A stretch of DNA of 64,000 nucleotides from an uncultured Desulfovibrio sp. (GTDB lineage Bacteria > Desulfobacterota > Desulfovibrionia > Desulfovibrionales > Desulfovibrionaceae), in the NCBI GenBank assembly GCA_964522365.1, contig CAZFTQ010000002.1, positions 195-64,194 of the forward strand, written 5' to 3'. The position numbers were made by a program, and so were the translations under genes. Under the pieces are notes generated by a model, which saw only the letters and a program-made list of their open reading frames with translations, was not told the DNA's origin and did not search any database. The stretch's first letter is position 1; every line of letters begins with the position of its first letter. This document shows positions 9,995 to 18,193 of this stretch, piece after piece.

Positions 9995-11206
9995 ATGAGT
10001 TCAGACGCTCAGGTCCTGAAAAACTGGGACTGGGACAAACTGCAGGAAAAAAGGGCCAGGCAGCAGGGCTACACCCCGCCGCCCAGGGACGAAGGCCCGG
10101 AGGAAGAGCCCGAACGGGAGCCTGAAGGAAGGCAGCGCCGCAGCTTCTTCGGCCGCGGAGGCGGCGGAGGGGGAGGCGGTGGAAAGCGCCGTCTTCCGTC
10201 CTTCAATTTCTCCCTGCCCAGCATCGGCGGCGGCAAGGGCCTGGTCATCATCCTGGTGGTGCTGGTGGCCGTCTGGCTGCTCTCCGGCATCTACATCGTG
10301 GAGCCGGACGAGGAGGGCGTGGTTCTGCGCTTCGGCAAGTACAACCGCAGCACCGAGCCCGGCCCCCACTATGCTCTGCCGATTCCCATCGAGACCGTCT
10401 ACACGCCCAAGGTCACGCAGGTGATGCGCAGCGAGATAGGCTACCGGAATGTCGGCCAGTCCGTCACCTTCCAGCAGGGCAGGGTCAAGACCATGCCCCA
10501 GGAAGCGTCCATGCTGACAGGCGACGAAAACGTTGTCAATGTGCAGTTCTCCGTGCAGTACAAGATCAAGGACGCGGTGGAATATCTCTTCAATGTGGCG
10601 GGTCCGACGCCCCTCGTCCACAACGCGGCCGAGGCCGCCATGCGCGAAGTCATCGGCAACAACCTCATCGACTCCGCCATCACGGACGGCAAGCTCCAGA
10701 TCCAGAGCGACGCCACGCAGCTTCTTCAGACCATTCTGGACCGCTACGGCGCCGGCATTCAGGTGCTGGCCGTGCAGCTCCAGGACGTGCATCCGCCGCA
10801 GGAAGTCATCGAGGCCTTCAAGGATGTGGCGAGCGCCCGGGAAGACAAGAGCCGCATCATCAATGAGGCCGAAGCCTACCGCAACGCGCTGCTTCCCAGC
10901 GCCCGCGGTGAGGCTTCCGCCATCCGCAACGAGGCCGAGGCCTACGCCGCCACCCGCGTCCAGAACGCCGAAGGCGCGGCCAGCCGCTTCACGGCCCTGC
11001 GCGTCGAATACGAGAAGGCGCCCCAGGTGACGGGGCAGCGCCTCTACTACGAGACCATGGAAGAAGTTCTCGCCGGCGCGCAGGAAAAGGTGATTCTGGA
11101 CGGCCAGGCCGCCCAGCGGGCTCTGCCCTATCTGCCTCTGCCCACCCTTGCTCCGGCGCCCGCGCCCAGAGCGCCCCGCCAGCCCGAGATGGAGCCGAAG
11201 AAGTGA
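9995..11206 (+). CDS. hflK: FtsH protease modulator HflK (SPFH/band-7)
   Basis: ORF 9836..11206. ATG 9995 follows GGAGG. Gly-rich N-terminus, one TM helix and an SPFH domain (VVLRFGKY...). GTGA stop/start overlap with hflC. Confidence 0.9.
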   Translation: MSSDAQVLKNWDWDKLQEKRARQQGYTPPPRDEGPEEEPEREPEGRQRRSFFGRGGGGGGGGGKRRLPSFNFSLPSIGGGKGLVIILVVLVAVWLLSGIYIVEPDEEGVVLRFGKYNRSTEPGPHYALPIPIETVYTPKVTQVMRSEIGYRNVGQSVTFQQGRVKTMPQEASMLTGDENVVNVQFSVQYKIKDAVEYLFNVAGPTPLVHNAAEAAMREVIGNNLIDSAITDGKLQIQSDATQLLQTILDRYGAGIQVLAVQLQDVHPPQEVIEAFKDVASAREDKSRIINEAEAYRNALLPSARGEASAIRNEAEAYAATRVQNAEGAASRFTALRVEYEKAPQVTGQRLYYETMEEVLAGAQEKVILDGQAAQRALPYLPLPTLAPAPAPRAPRQPEMEPKK

Positions 11207-12048
11207 ACAAGAAAATTTCCGTCCTGATACTGGTGATCTTCGTGGCGGCGGTGCTGCTCACGCAGTCCGTCTTCACGGTGAACCAGATGGAATCCGCCAT
11301 CGTCCTCCAGCTCGGCGAGCCCAAGGACGAGGTCTACGGCCCGGGCCTCCATTTCAAGCTGCCCTTCATCCAGAATGTGGTTTTCTTTGACGCCAGGGTC
11401 CTGGACTACGAGGCAAGCTCCCGCGAAGCCTTCACGGTGGACAAAAAGGCCATCGTGCTGGACAACTACGCCCGCTGGCGCATCACGAATCCCCTGCAGT
11501 TCTACCGCACCATGCGCACGCTCATCGGCGCCCAGGCGCGCCTGGACGACGTGGTCTACTCCCAGCTCCGGGCCATGGTCGGCGGCTACACCCTCTCCGA
11601 GGTCGTCTCCACCCAGCGCGCGGCCATCATGACCGAAGTCACCGTCAAGGTGAAGGAAATCATGAAGAGTTTCGGCGTGGAGGTCATCGACGTCCGCATC
11701 AAGCGCACGGACCTGCCCGCTGAAAACCTCAGAGCCATCTTCGGGCGCATGCGCGCCGAGCGTGAACGCCAGGCCAAGCAGTACCGCTCCGAGGGCGACG
11801 AAGAGTCCACGCGCATCCGCTCCGACGCGGACCGCCAGAAGGCCATCATCCTGGCCGATGCCGCCCGTGACGCTCAGATCATCCGCGGCGACGCGGACGC
11901 CCGGGCCGCCCAGATCTACGCCGACGCCTACGGCAAGAACAAGGACTTCTACGCCTTCCAGCGCTGGCTGGAAGCCACCAGAATCTCCTTCGGCCAGAAC
12001 AGCAAGATGATCCTCAGTCAGGAAAACATGCTGGAGCGTCTGAAGTAG
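11203..12048 (+). CDS. hflC: FtsH protease modulator HflC (SPFH/band-7)
   Basis: 281 aa. GTG start overlaps the hflK stop. N-terminal TM helix plus SPFH domain and a coiled-coil RAERERQAKQYRSEGDEE segment. Confidence 0.9.
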   Translation: MNKKISVLILVIFVAAVLLTQSVFTVNQMESAIVLQLGEPKDEVYGPGLHFKLPFIQNVVFFDARVLDYEASSREAFTVDKKAIVLDNYARWRITNPLQFYRTMRTLIGAQARLDDVVYSQLRAMVGGYTLSEVVSTQRAAIMTEVTVKVKEIMKSFGVEVIDVRIKRTDLPAENLRAIFGRMRAERERQAKQYRSEGDEESTRIRSDADRQKAIILADAARDAQIIRGDADARAAQIYADAYGKNKDFYAFQRWLEATRISFGQNSKMILSQENMLERLK

Positions 12049-12195
12049 CCGCGCGCCCGGAAACCGCGGTCTGCTTTTTCCGAAAAATGCCCCTCGGGCA
12101 GAGCTTTTCAGCGTCCGGGGGAACTTTGACCAGGTTGTACGGTGACCGATCCGGCGGAACCGGACAGACGGTTTGCCTGCAGAAAGCGAGAACTG

Positions 12196-12232
12196 AAAGC
12201 CCGTGACTTCGCAGCAAGCCACGGGCTTTTTT
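12196..12232 (+). terminator. Rho-independent terminator downstream of hflC
   Basis: Stem AGCCCGTG / CACGGGCT (12198-12205 / 12220-12227) followed by TTTTTT (12227-12232). Confidence 0.7.
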
Positions 12233-12538
12233 CAGCGAGGGCTGTCCCGCCGCTGAGAACGGGGTCACGGCCCGCCGCCGGGGAGGAGATTTTCTTTTCC
12301 GCCGGAAAAGGTCGCAGCCTCGGATGTTTTCCTGCTCAGGACAGTCAGGACCGCTCCGAAACAGGCGCTGGCTGACTCACCAGGAAAGTTTTACCGGTAT
12401 TCTCAAATCAGAACCGGCTTTCACCGCAGGATCCCCGGCCAGGCGCGGGGCAGCGCGCCTCTTTTGCGGGGGATCCGGAAACGGCCGTCCCTGCCGCGGC
12501 GGATGTCCGGGAATGTCTGCTGCTGAGGAGAAACCATC

Positions 12539-14899
12539 GTGCAGAAGATAGACAAAACCAGCACACTTCAGAATATTCTGATGAACCGCCGTTTTACGAT
12601 AGACTATTTTCAGAGAGAGTATCGCTGGGGGCGGAAGCAGATAGAGCAGATGCTTTCTGATTTTCAGAACACATTTGAAGAATATTATGATCCGGAAGAG
12701 CATGACACGACGCTGGAAGTTGAAAAATATGGTTATTATTACCTGGGTTGCATCATCTGCACGGGAGGCTCAGCCAGCAAGGTGATTGATGGCCAGCAGC
12801 GGCTTACGTCGCTGACGCTTCTTCTGATCTACCTCATGAATCTGCAGAAGGAGCTGGGCATACCTGCTGACAGCGTCGTTGAACTTGGCAGCATGGTCTA
12901 TTCAGACCATTTCGGCGTAAAGAATTTTAATATAGATGTACCTGAGCGTTCCCGATGCATGCAGGCTCTTCTCAATAATGAGAAGAATTATACCCCGGAG
13001 AATGAAAGCACCAGGAATATGCTGGAGCGATATGAAGATATCGCTGAATGCTTCCCGGATGATCTGAAGGGAAAGGCGCTTCCCTTTTTCATATACTGGC
13101 TGAAAGGCAAGGTCTTGCTGCTGGAACTTGATACGCCCTCTGAAGATGAGGCGCATACGATTTTCCTGACAATGAATGACCGAGGCCTCAGCCTGAACAG
13201 CGCTGAGATGATGAAGGCGTATGTGATACAGCAGGTACAGGAGTCTTATCGCATAGAGGTCAATCATCGGTGGCAGGACAATATAAACAAAATTAAAAAT
13301 GCCTCCTCCAACAGTTCCAGCGGCATGGTAAACACGGAGGATGTTGAGTTTATTTCAATCTGGCTGCGTGCAAAGTACGCAGAGTCGCTTCGTGAGGCAA
13401 AGTGCGGCGCAAGAGACAGGGATTACGAACTTCTCGGCGACAAGTTCCATACCTGGGTAAGGGCGCATGCCAAAGAGAAGATGCGTCTCCAGAAATCAGA
13501 GGATTTCCGCCAGTTCGTCATGAAAGAAATGACGGCAATGACCAGACTCTACCTTCGACTCAGGGAATATTGTTCAGAGTTCACTGAAGGATATGAAGAA
13601 GTCTTTTACAATGCTGACCGTGATCTGACCTATCAGCTCATGCTTGCGCTTTCAGCTGTGAAAGTTGACGATCCCGAAGAGATTGTGAAGAAGAAGATTC
13701 AGATGACGGCGAAGTTTGTCGATGACTTTGCTTCCACCCGTATTTTCAATTTCAGAAAAGCCAACTGGAATACAAATAAATATTTTCTGTTCAAAGTGAT
13801 GTGCGATGTCCGCGATCAGGACTGCAAGACGGTGGGCATGGTTTTTGTCCGCGCATTACGCCGGATGGACGCCGGTCTCGACGGTATCACGAAATTCAGT
13901 CTGAATCAGTTTTCCCGCCGGTATATGCTTCATGCTCTGGCCCGTTTTACCTCCCATGCAAATGTGCTCATGGGCAATCCGTCTCATTTCGACGAGTACG
14001 TCAACCGGAACCTGCACGGAAACACCTACGACATCGAGCATATCATTCCCGGCAGACATGAAGATTACAGAGAGGAGTTTCCCGATTACGATGACTTTCA
14101 GGCCCGGCGCCAGCACATCGGAAATCTGATCATTCTCACCCGCGACAAGAACAGAAGCTATCAGGATATGAAGTATTCTCAGAAAGTGGAGAAGTATTCC
14201 GGTGACAACATTCTGGCGCAGGCACTCAATGAGAACGCCTACAAAAACAATCCCCGGTTCTTGAAGGAAGTAGCCAAGCCTTACGGTTTTTCAGCGATTG
14301 CGCACTTCGACAGTCAGAGTATTGCATCGCGGGCAGAGATCTACCTGAAAATGGCCGTCGACATCTGGAATCCGGACGATATCAAGAGCCTTGCCGGAGG
14401 CTGGTCCGCTGAGGAAGAAAAGCAGTTTTTCAAGAATGTCAAGGGTCAGGAATTTACGGTTGGCTATGCCGATCGCAGCTGGAAAGACGCCCTGAAGTAT
14501 GGATTCCTCTCTGCGAATGGCCATGGAAGCGGCAGGCTCCTGCATAATGTGCAGGCCGGCGACACCGTCTTCTGTCATATTGCCGGCTCCGGATTTGTCG
14601 GAATTGGAGAATGTCTTGAGACAGCCGTTCCCATGAAGGAGTTCACCGTTGATGTTGACGGCAGCTCGACACCGGTGGCGTCGGCTCCGTGGGTTTCCGA
14701 AGAGGCAAAATCAAAGCTCGAACAGAACGAAGAAATCTTCATACGTGTCAGATGGAAGAAATTTGTGGAAGATCCTGCTGAAGGGTACTGGGAGAAAGGC
14801 ATGACCTGCGTGCCGCTGGTGGCGTACACCCTGTATGACAAAACGACGTACGACATGATCAGGGAACACTTTGATTATCGGGAGGATGCTCAGGAATGA
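12539..14899 (+). CDS. GmrSD-like DUF262 (DGQQR/ParB-type) + DUF1524 (His-Me finger nuclease) protein with an additional C-terminal domain of about 165 aa. Probable type IV restriction / anti-phage enzyme.
   Basis: 786-aa ORF. N-terminal FTIDYFQREYRWG and VIDGQQRLTSLTLLL (codons at 12788-12802). Nuclease motif YDIEHIIPG...HIGNLIILTRDKNRSY (about 14030-14160). GAGGAG RBS lies 8 nt before GTG 12539; in-frame ATG 12581 is the alternative. Low G+C relative to the flanks. Confidence 0.85.
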   Translation: MQKIDKTSTLQNILMNRRFTIDYFQREYRWGRKQIEQMLSDFQNTFEEYYDPEEHDTTLEVEKYGYYYLGCIICTGGSASKVIDGQQRLTSLTLLLIYLMNLQKELGIPADSVVELGSMVYSDHFGVKNFNIDVPERSRCMQALLNNEKNYTPENESTRNMLERYEDIAECFPDDLKGKALPFFIYWLKGKVLLLELDTPSEDEAHTIFLTMNDRGLSLNSAEMMKAYVIQQVQESYRIEVNHRWQDNINKIKNASSNSSSGMVNTEDVEFISIWLRAKYAESLREAKCGARDRDYELLGDKFHTWVRAHAKEKMRLQKSEDFRQFVMKEMTAMTRLYLRLREYCSEFTEGYEEVFYNADRDLTYQLMLALSAVKVDDPEEIVKKKIQMTAKFVDDFASTRIFNFRKANWNTNKYFLFKVMCDVRDQDCKTVGMVFVRALRRMDAGLDGITKFSLNQFSRRYMLHALARFTSHANVLMGNPSHFDEYVNRNLHGNTYDIEHIIPGRHEDYREEFPDYDDFQARRQHIGNLIILTRDKNRSYQDMKYSQKVEKYSGDNILAQALNENAYKNNPRFLKEVAKPYGFSAIAHFDSQSIASRAEIYLKMAVDIWNPDDIKSLAGGWSAEEEKQFFKNVKGQEFTVGYADRSWKDALKYGFLSANGHGSGRLLHNVQAGDTVFCHIAGSGFVGIGECLETAVPMKEFTVDVDGSSTPVASAPWVSEEAKSKLEQNEEIFIRVRWKKFVEDPAEGYWEKGMTCVPLVAYTLYDKTTYDMIREHFDYREDAQE

Positions 14900-15015
14900 G
14901 CCGCACCGGTCCCGGTCTGCCCCGCAGATTCGCCTGAAAAAACGGGAAAGCGGCTTTGCGCGGCAGGTTCAGCTGAACGCGGTCTGAAGACCGGCGGGAA
15001 AAGGCGGGGTTTCCA

Positions 15016-16026
15016 GTGATTGAGTCAAAAAATTCCAGACTGTTGCGGCAAAGGCAGAATGTCGCCCTCAAAGGGGCCTTTTTCCTGCTTTTCTTCCTCT
15101 GTCTGCTGGGTTTTCCCGGCTGCGCGTCCCAGACGCCCAAGGCGGGACCGGCGGAGGCCGTTCCGCCGGAGTGGACGGATCTGCGTGACAGGCTTGCCGC
15201 GGACGGGACTTCCGGTCCGGAGGTGGACGCTCTTCTGGCCGGCCTCGGCTCCAGGACCCAGGATCCCATGGGCCGGAAGATGGTTGAGCTCTACCGGAAA
15301 AACTTCCTGCCCAGGCCCCCGTCGAAGCGGGAGCCCCGGGACGCCGTCTACAGAAATGTGGTGACGGAGAAAAACGCCGGCCTCTGCCGGGACTACATCG
15401 CGGCCCACCGGAAAGCTTTCGACGAGGCCGAGCGGACCTGGGGCGTGCCCCCTGCCGTGGCCGCGGCTCTCCTCTTTGTGGAGACGAGACTCGGGACCGT
15501 CCTGAAGGACGTGCCGGAAAACGCCCTGCATACCCTCGCCAGCATGTCCCAGAGCGTCACGACGGAGAGCATTCCGGACTGGCTTGAGAAGATGCCCGGC
15601 TGGGAGGAGCACAGGGACTGGTTCGCCACGGTCATGCCGGCGAGAGCCGAATGGGCCTACAAAGAAACCCGCGCCCTCATCCGCTACATGCTGGCCAACG
15701 GCATCCGGCCCGACATGCTCCCCGGTTCCATCTACGGCGCCATCGGTCTCTGCCAGTTCATGCCGAGCAACATCCCGCTCTACGGCGTGGACGGCAACGG
15801 CGACGGCTCGGTGAATCTCTACGATGCGGAAGACGCCGTGCCCTCCCTGGCCTGCTTCCTGGCCAGACACGGCTGGCGTCCCGGCGCCGCCCGCAAGGCC
15901 CGGCACGCGGCGCTCATGCGCTACAACAAATCCGTGAAGTACGCCAATACCATTCTGGCCCTGGCGGATCTCGTGCAGGGCAGGCCGGCGGAGCCTGTGA
16001 AGGCCGGCCGCGCCGGGGCCCGGTAG
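15016..16026 (+). CDS. Lytic murein transglycosylase (MltB-like), probable lipoprotein
   Basis: 336 aa. Lipobox-like LLGFPGC. GAIGLCQFMPSNIPLYGVDGNGDGSVNLYDAEDAVPSLACFLARHGW matches the MltB-family active-site and Ca-loop region. Confidence 0.85.
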   Translation: MIESKNSRLLRQRQNVALKGAFFLLFFLCLLGFPGCASQTPKAGPAEAVPPEWTDLRDRLAADGTSGPEVDALLAGLGSRTQDPMGRKMVELYRKNFLPRPPSKREPRDAVYRNVVTEKNAGLCRDYIAAHRKAFDEAERTWGVPPAVAAALLFVETRLGTVLKDVPENALHTLASMSQSVTTESIPDWLEKMPGWEEHRDWFATVMPARAEWAYKETRALIRYMLANGIRPDMLPGSIYGAIGLCQFMPSNIPLYGVDGNGDGSVNLYDAEDAVPSLACFLARHGWRPGAARKARHAALMRYNKSVKYANTILALADLVQGRPAEPVKAGRAGAR

Positions 16027-16046
16027 GCCCCTCCTGGGAGGACGGC

Positions 16047-17123
16047 ATGTCAGCAGTCTGGACCTGGCCCGAAGAAGGCGCGCTTTTTCCCGAGGGACTG
16101 GCTCCGGGGCCCCTCGATGACGCGGCCATGGCTGAGGCCGGGGCCGGGCTTGCGAGCGGGCTCGGCCGCCTGAAGGAGCTTGCCTGCCGTCTGGCGGGTC
16201 TGCCCGGCGGACCGGGCGCAGCCCCCGCGAGACTCTTTCTTTTCTGCGGCGATCACGGCGTGGCCGAAGAAGGGGTCTCGGAGAGCGCCGGGTGCCGGGA
16301 GACGGCGGAGGACATCCTGGCGGGCAGGGCGCCCGTTTCCCTCCTCGCTGCCGAGGCGGGCCTGGAGCTTGTTCCCGTCGACGCGGGCCTGCGCGGCGAC
16401 CCCCTCCCGGGAAGTCTCGATCTGCGGCTCGGCGAGGGCACGGCGAACATCGCCCATGGCCCCGCCATGAGTCCGGAGACCTGCCTCGAGGGGCTCAGAA
16501 AAGGCGTCATGCTGGCACTGGAGTCCAGGGACGAGGGGACGCGCCTGCTCTGCGCGGCGCAGCCTGGCCCGGACGGCGGCTGTTCCGCCGCGGCCGTTCT
16601 GAGCTCCCTGCTGGGGCTTCCTCCCGCCGCTCTGGTGACAGGCCGGTCCCGATCTGATCAGACCCACAGAACGGACGTGGTCCGCAAGGCGCTCCTCGTC
16701 AACGCGGCGGTCCTGCACAGCGGCCCCGCCCCGGATCCTCTGCTGACGCTGGCCTGCCTGGGGGGCTTTGAGACGGTTCTCGCGGCGGGCCTCGTGCTGG
16801 GGGCGGCCGCGGCCGGTCTGCCGGTGCTCCTGGACGGCTTTGCCGCCACGGCGGCCTGCGCGGCGGCCCTGCAGCTGGCGCCCGAGGCGGCCTCCTGCTG
16901 CTTCTTCGCCCATGCCTCCGACGGCTCCGGCCAGGCGCAGGCGCTCCAGAAACTTGCCCAGGCCTTCCCGGATCCCTCCTGGGCGAGTCCCCTTCTTCAG
17001 CTCGGCCTGGCCGCGGAAGACGGGACGGGAGCGGCGCTCGCCTGGCCCCTCCTGCGTTCGGCGGCAGGGCTTGCCCGCCGGGCTCTGGCCGCCCGCGAAG
17101 AAAGATCAGGAGGGCGGCCGTGA
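16047..17123 (+). CDS. Divergent CobT-like protein (nicotinate-nucleotide--dimethylbenzimidazole phosphoribosyltransferase family)
   Basis: C-terminal part of ORF 15651..17123 from MSAVWTW (ATG 16047). CobT-like blocks FCGDHGVAEEGVS, GTANIAHGPAMS, PVLLDGFAATAAC and DGTGAALAWPLL. Confidence 0.7.
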   Translation: MSAVWTWPEEGALFPEGLAPGPLDDAAMAEAGAGLASGLGRLKELACRLAGLPGGPGAAPARLFLFCGDHGVAEEGVSESAGCRETAEDILAGRAPVSLLAAEAGLELVPVDAGLRGDPLPGSLDLRLGEGTANIAHGPAMSPETCLEGLRKGVMLALESRDEGTRLLCAAQPGPDGGCSAAAVLSSLLGLPPAALVTGRSRSDQTHRTDVVRKALLVNAAVLHSGPAPDPLLTLACLGGFETVLAAGLVLGAAAAGLPVLLDGFAATAACAAALQLAPEAASCCFFAHASDGSGQAQALQKLAQAFPDPSWASPLLQLGLAAEDGTGAALAWPLLRSAAGLARRALAAREERSGGRP

Positions 17124-18103
17124 TGGACAGCACGCCCAATGGAGAGGCTCCTCTGCTGGAGCTGAGAAACGTCACCCGGATCTTCCATCTCAGGGGAAAC
17201 GCCATGGCCAGGCTCACGGCCGTGCGCGGAGTTTCCCTGCGCGTGCGCAGAGGGGAGTGCGTGGGCCTCGTGGGGGAATCCGGCTGCGGCAAGTCCACCC
17301 TGGGGCGGCTGGTGAGCGGCCTCATTCAGCCCACGGAAGGCGAGATCCTCTTTGACGGCGCGCCCCTGCCGCCGGCCTCGGCCGCGTCGGCCGCAGCGGG
17401 CCGCATCCAGATGGTCTTTCAGGATCCCTTTTCCTCCCTCAATCCCCGTCTGCGCGTGGGCGAAAGCGTGGCCGAGGGTCTGCGGGCGCAGGGCTTCCGC
17501 CGGAGGCGTCCGGGCGAGGAGAATCTCGTGCCCGAGCGGGTGGCCGGGATCTTCCGCAGGGTGGGTCTCGCCGGCATGGAGCGACGCTATCCCCATGAAT
17601 TTTCCGGCGGCCAGCGCCAGCGCGTGGCTCTGGCCCGGGCCTTTGTGACCCGGCCGGATCTGGTGGTCTGCGACGAGCCCGTCTCGGCCCTGGATGTCTC
17701 CGTGCAGGCCCAGGTGCTCAATCTCATGAAGGACCTGCAGGCCCAGGACGGCCAGGCGCAGATTTTCATTTCCCACAATCTGGCCGTGGTGGGCTTCATG
17801 TGCTCCAGGGTGGCCGTCATGTATCTGGGGGAAATCGTGGAAGAGCTCCCCTCGGGCGCCCTGGCCCGGGCGGCTCATCCCTATACCCGGGCCCTCTACC
17901 GGGCCATGCCCTCGGGCGAGAGGGGTCTTGCTCCGGTCCTGCAGGGCGAGCTTCCCTCGCCTCTGGCGCCGCCGCCCGGCTGCCGCTTCCATCCCCGCTG
18001 TCCCGCCGCCCGGGACATCTGCCGGGAAGAGGAGCCCGTCTGGACGGAAATGGGACCGGGCTGGCGGGTGCGCTGCCATCTGGCGGGCGGGCCTGACGCG
18101 TAG
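17120..18103 (+). CDS. ABC transporter ATP-binding protein, oligopeptide/dipeptide (OppF/DppF) type
   Basis: Walker A GESGCGKST, signature FSGGQRQRVALARA, Walker B LVVCDEP, and a C-terminal HPYT...CRFHPRCP tail. The GTG 17120 / ATG 17123 start overlaps the cobT-like TGA. Confidence 0.9.
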   Translation: MMDSTPNGEAPLLELRNVTRIFHLRGNAMARLTAVRGVSLRVRRGECVGLVGESGCGKSTLGRLVSGLIQPTEGEILFDGAPLPPASAASAAAGRIQMVFQDPFSSLNPRLRVGESVAEGLRAQGFRRRRPGEENLVPERVAGIFRRVGLAGMERRYPHEFSGGQRQRVALARAFVTRPDLVVCDEPVSALDVSVQAQVLNLMKDLQAQDGQAQIFISHNLAVVGFMCSRVAVMYLGEIVEELPSGALARAAHPYTRALYRAMPSGERGLAPVLQGELPSPLAPPPGCRFHPRCPAARDICREEEPVWTEMGPGWRVRCHLAGGPDA

Positions 18104-18120
18104 GCGCGCGGAAAGGGCCT

Positions 18121-18190
18121 GAGAAACAGGAAGGGTTCCCCGGCTCTGCCCAGGGAACCCCGAAACAGCCCTCCTGGCGGAGGGTTTTTT
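18121..18190. terminator. Two hairpins between the convergent ABC-ATPase gene and hflX
   Basis: GGGTTCCC / GGGAACCC (18133-18140 / 18153-18160). CCCTCC-tggc-GGAGGG (18169-18184) followed by TTTTTT (18185-18190). Confidence 0.6.
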
Positions 18191-18193
18191 CTT

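Noticed and set aside
10140-10185. Gly-run coding tract in hflK (GRGGGGGGGGGK) as a slipped-strand or phase-variation site.
   Set aside because: The DNA is a mix of GGC/GGA/GGG/GGT codons and not a homopolymer or perfect short tandem repeat. Gly-rich N-termini are common in HflK.
12324-12551. 75-aa ORF immediately upstream of the DUF262 gene, considered as a partner or antitoxin-like gene of the defence island.
   Set aside because: Its composition is Arg/Gly/Pro/Cys-rich and non-protein-like, it has no RBS, and it spans terminator-like hairpins. It looks like a chance open frame.
12230-15020. Flanking direct repeats (att-like) or inverted repeats bounding the low-GC island.
   Set aside because: The only shared strings I found are short, such as GCTCAGGA, ACCGGT and GGAAAAGG (6-8 nt). 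These are expected by chance, so no mobility signature can be claimed.
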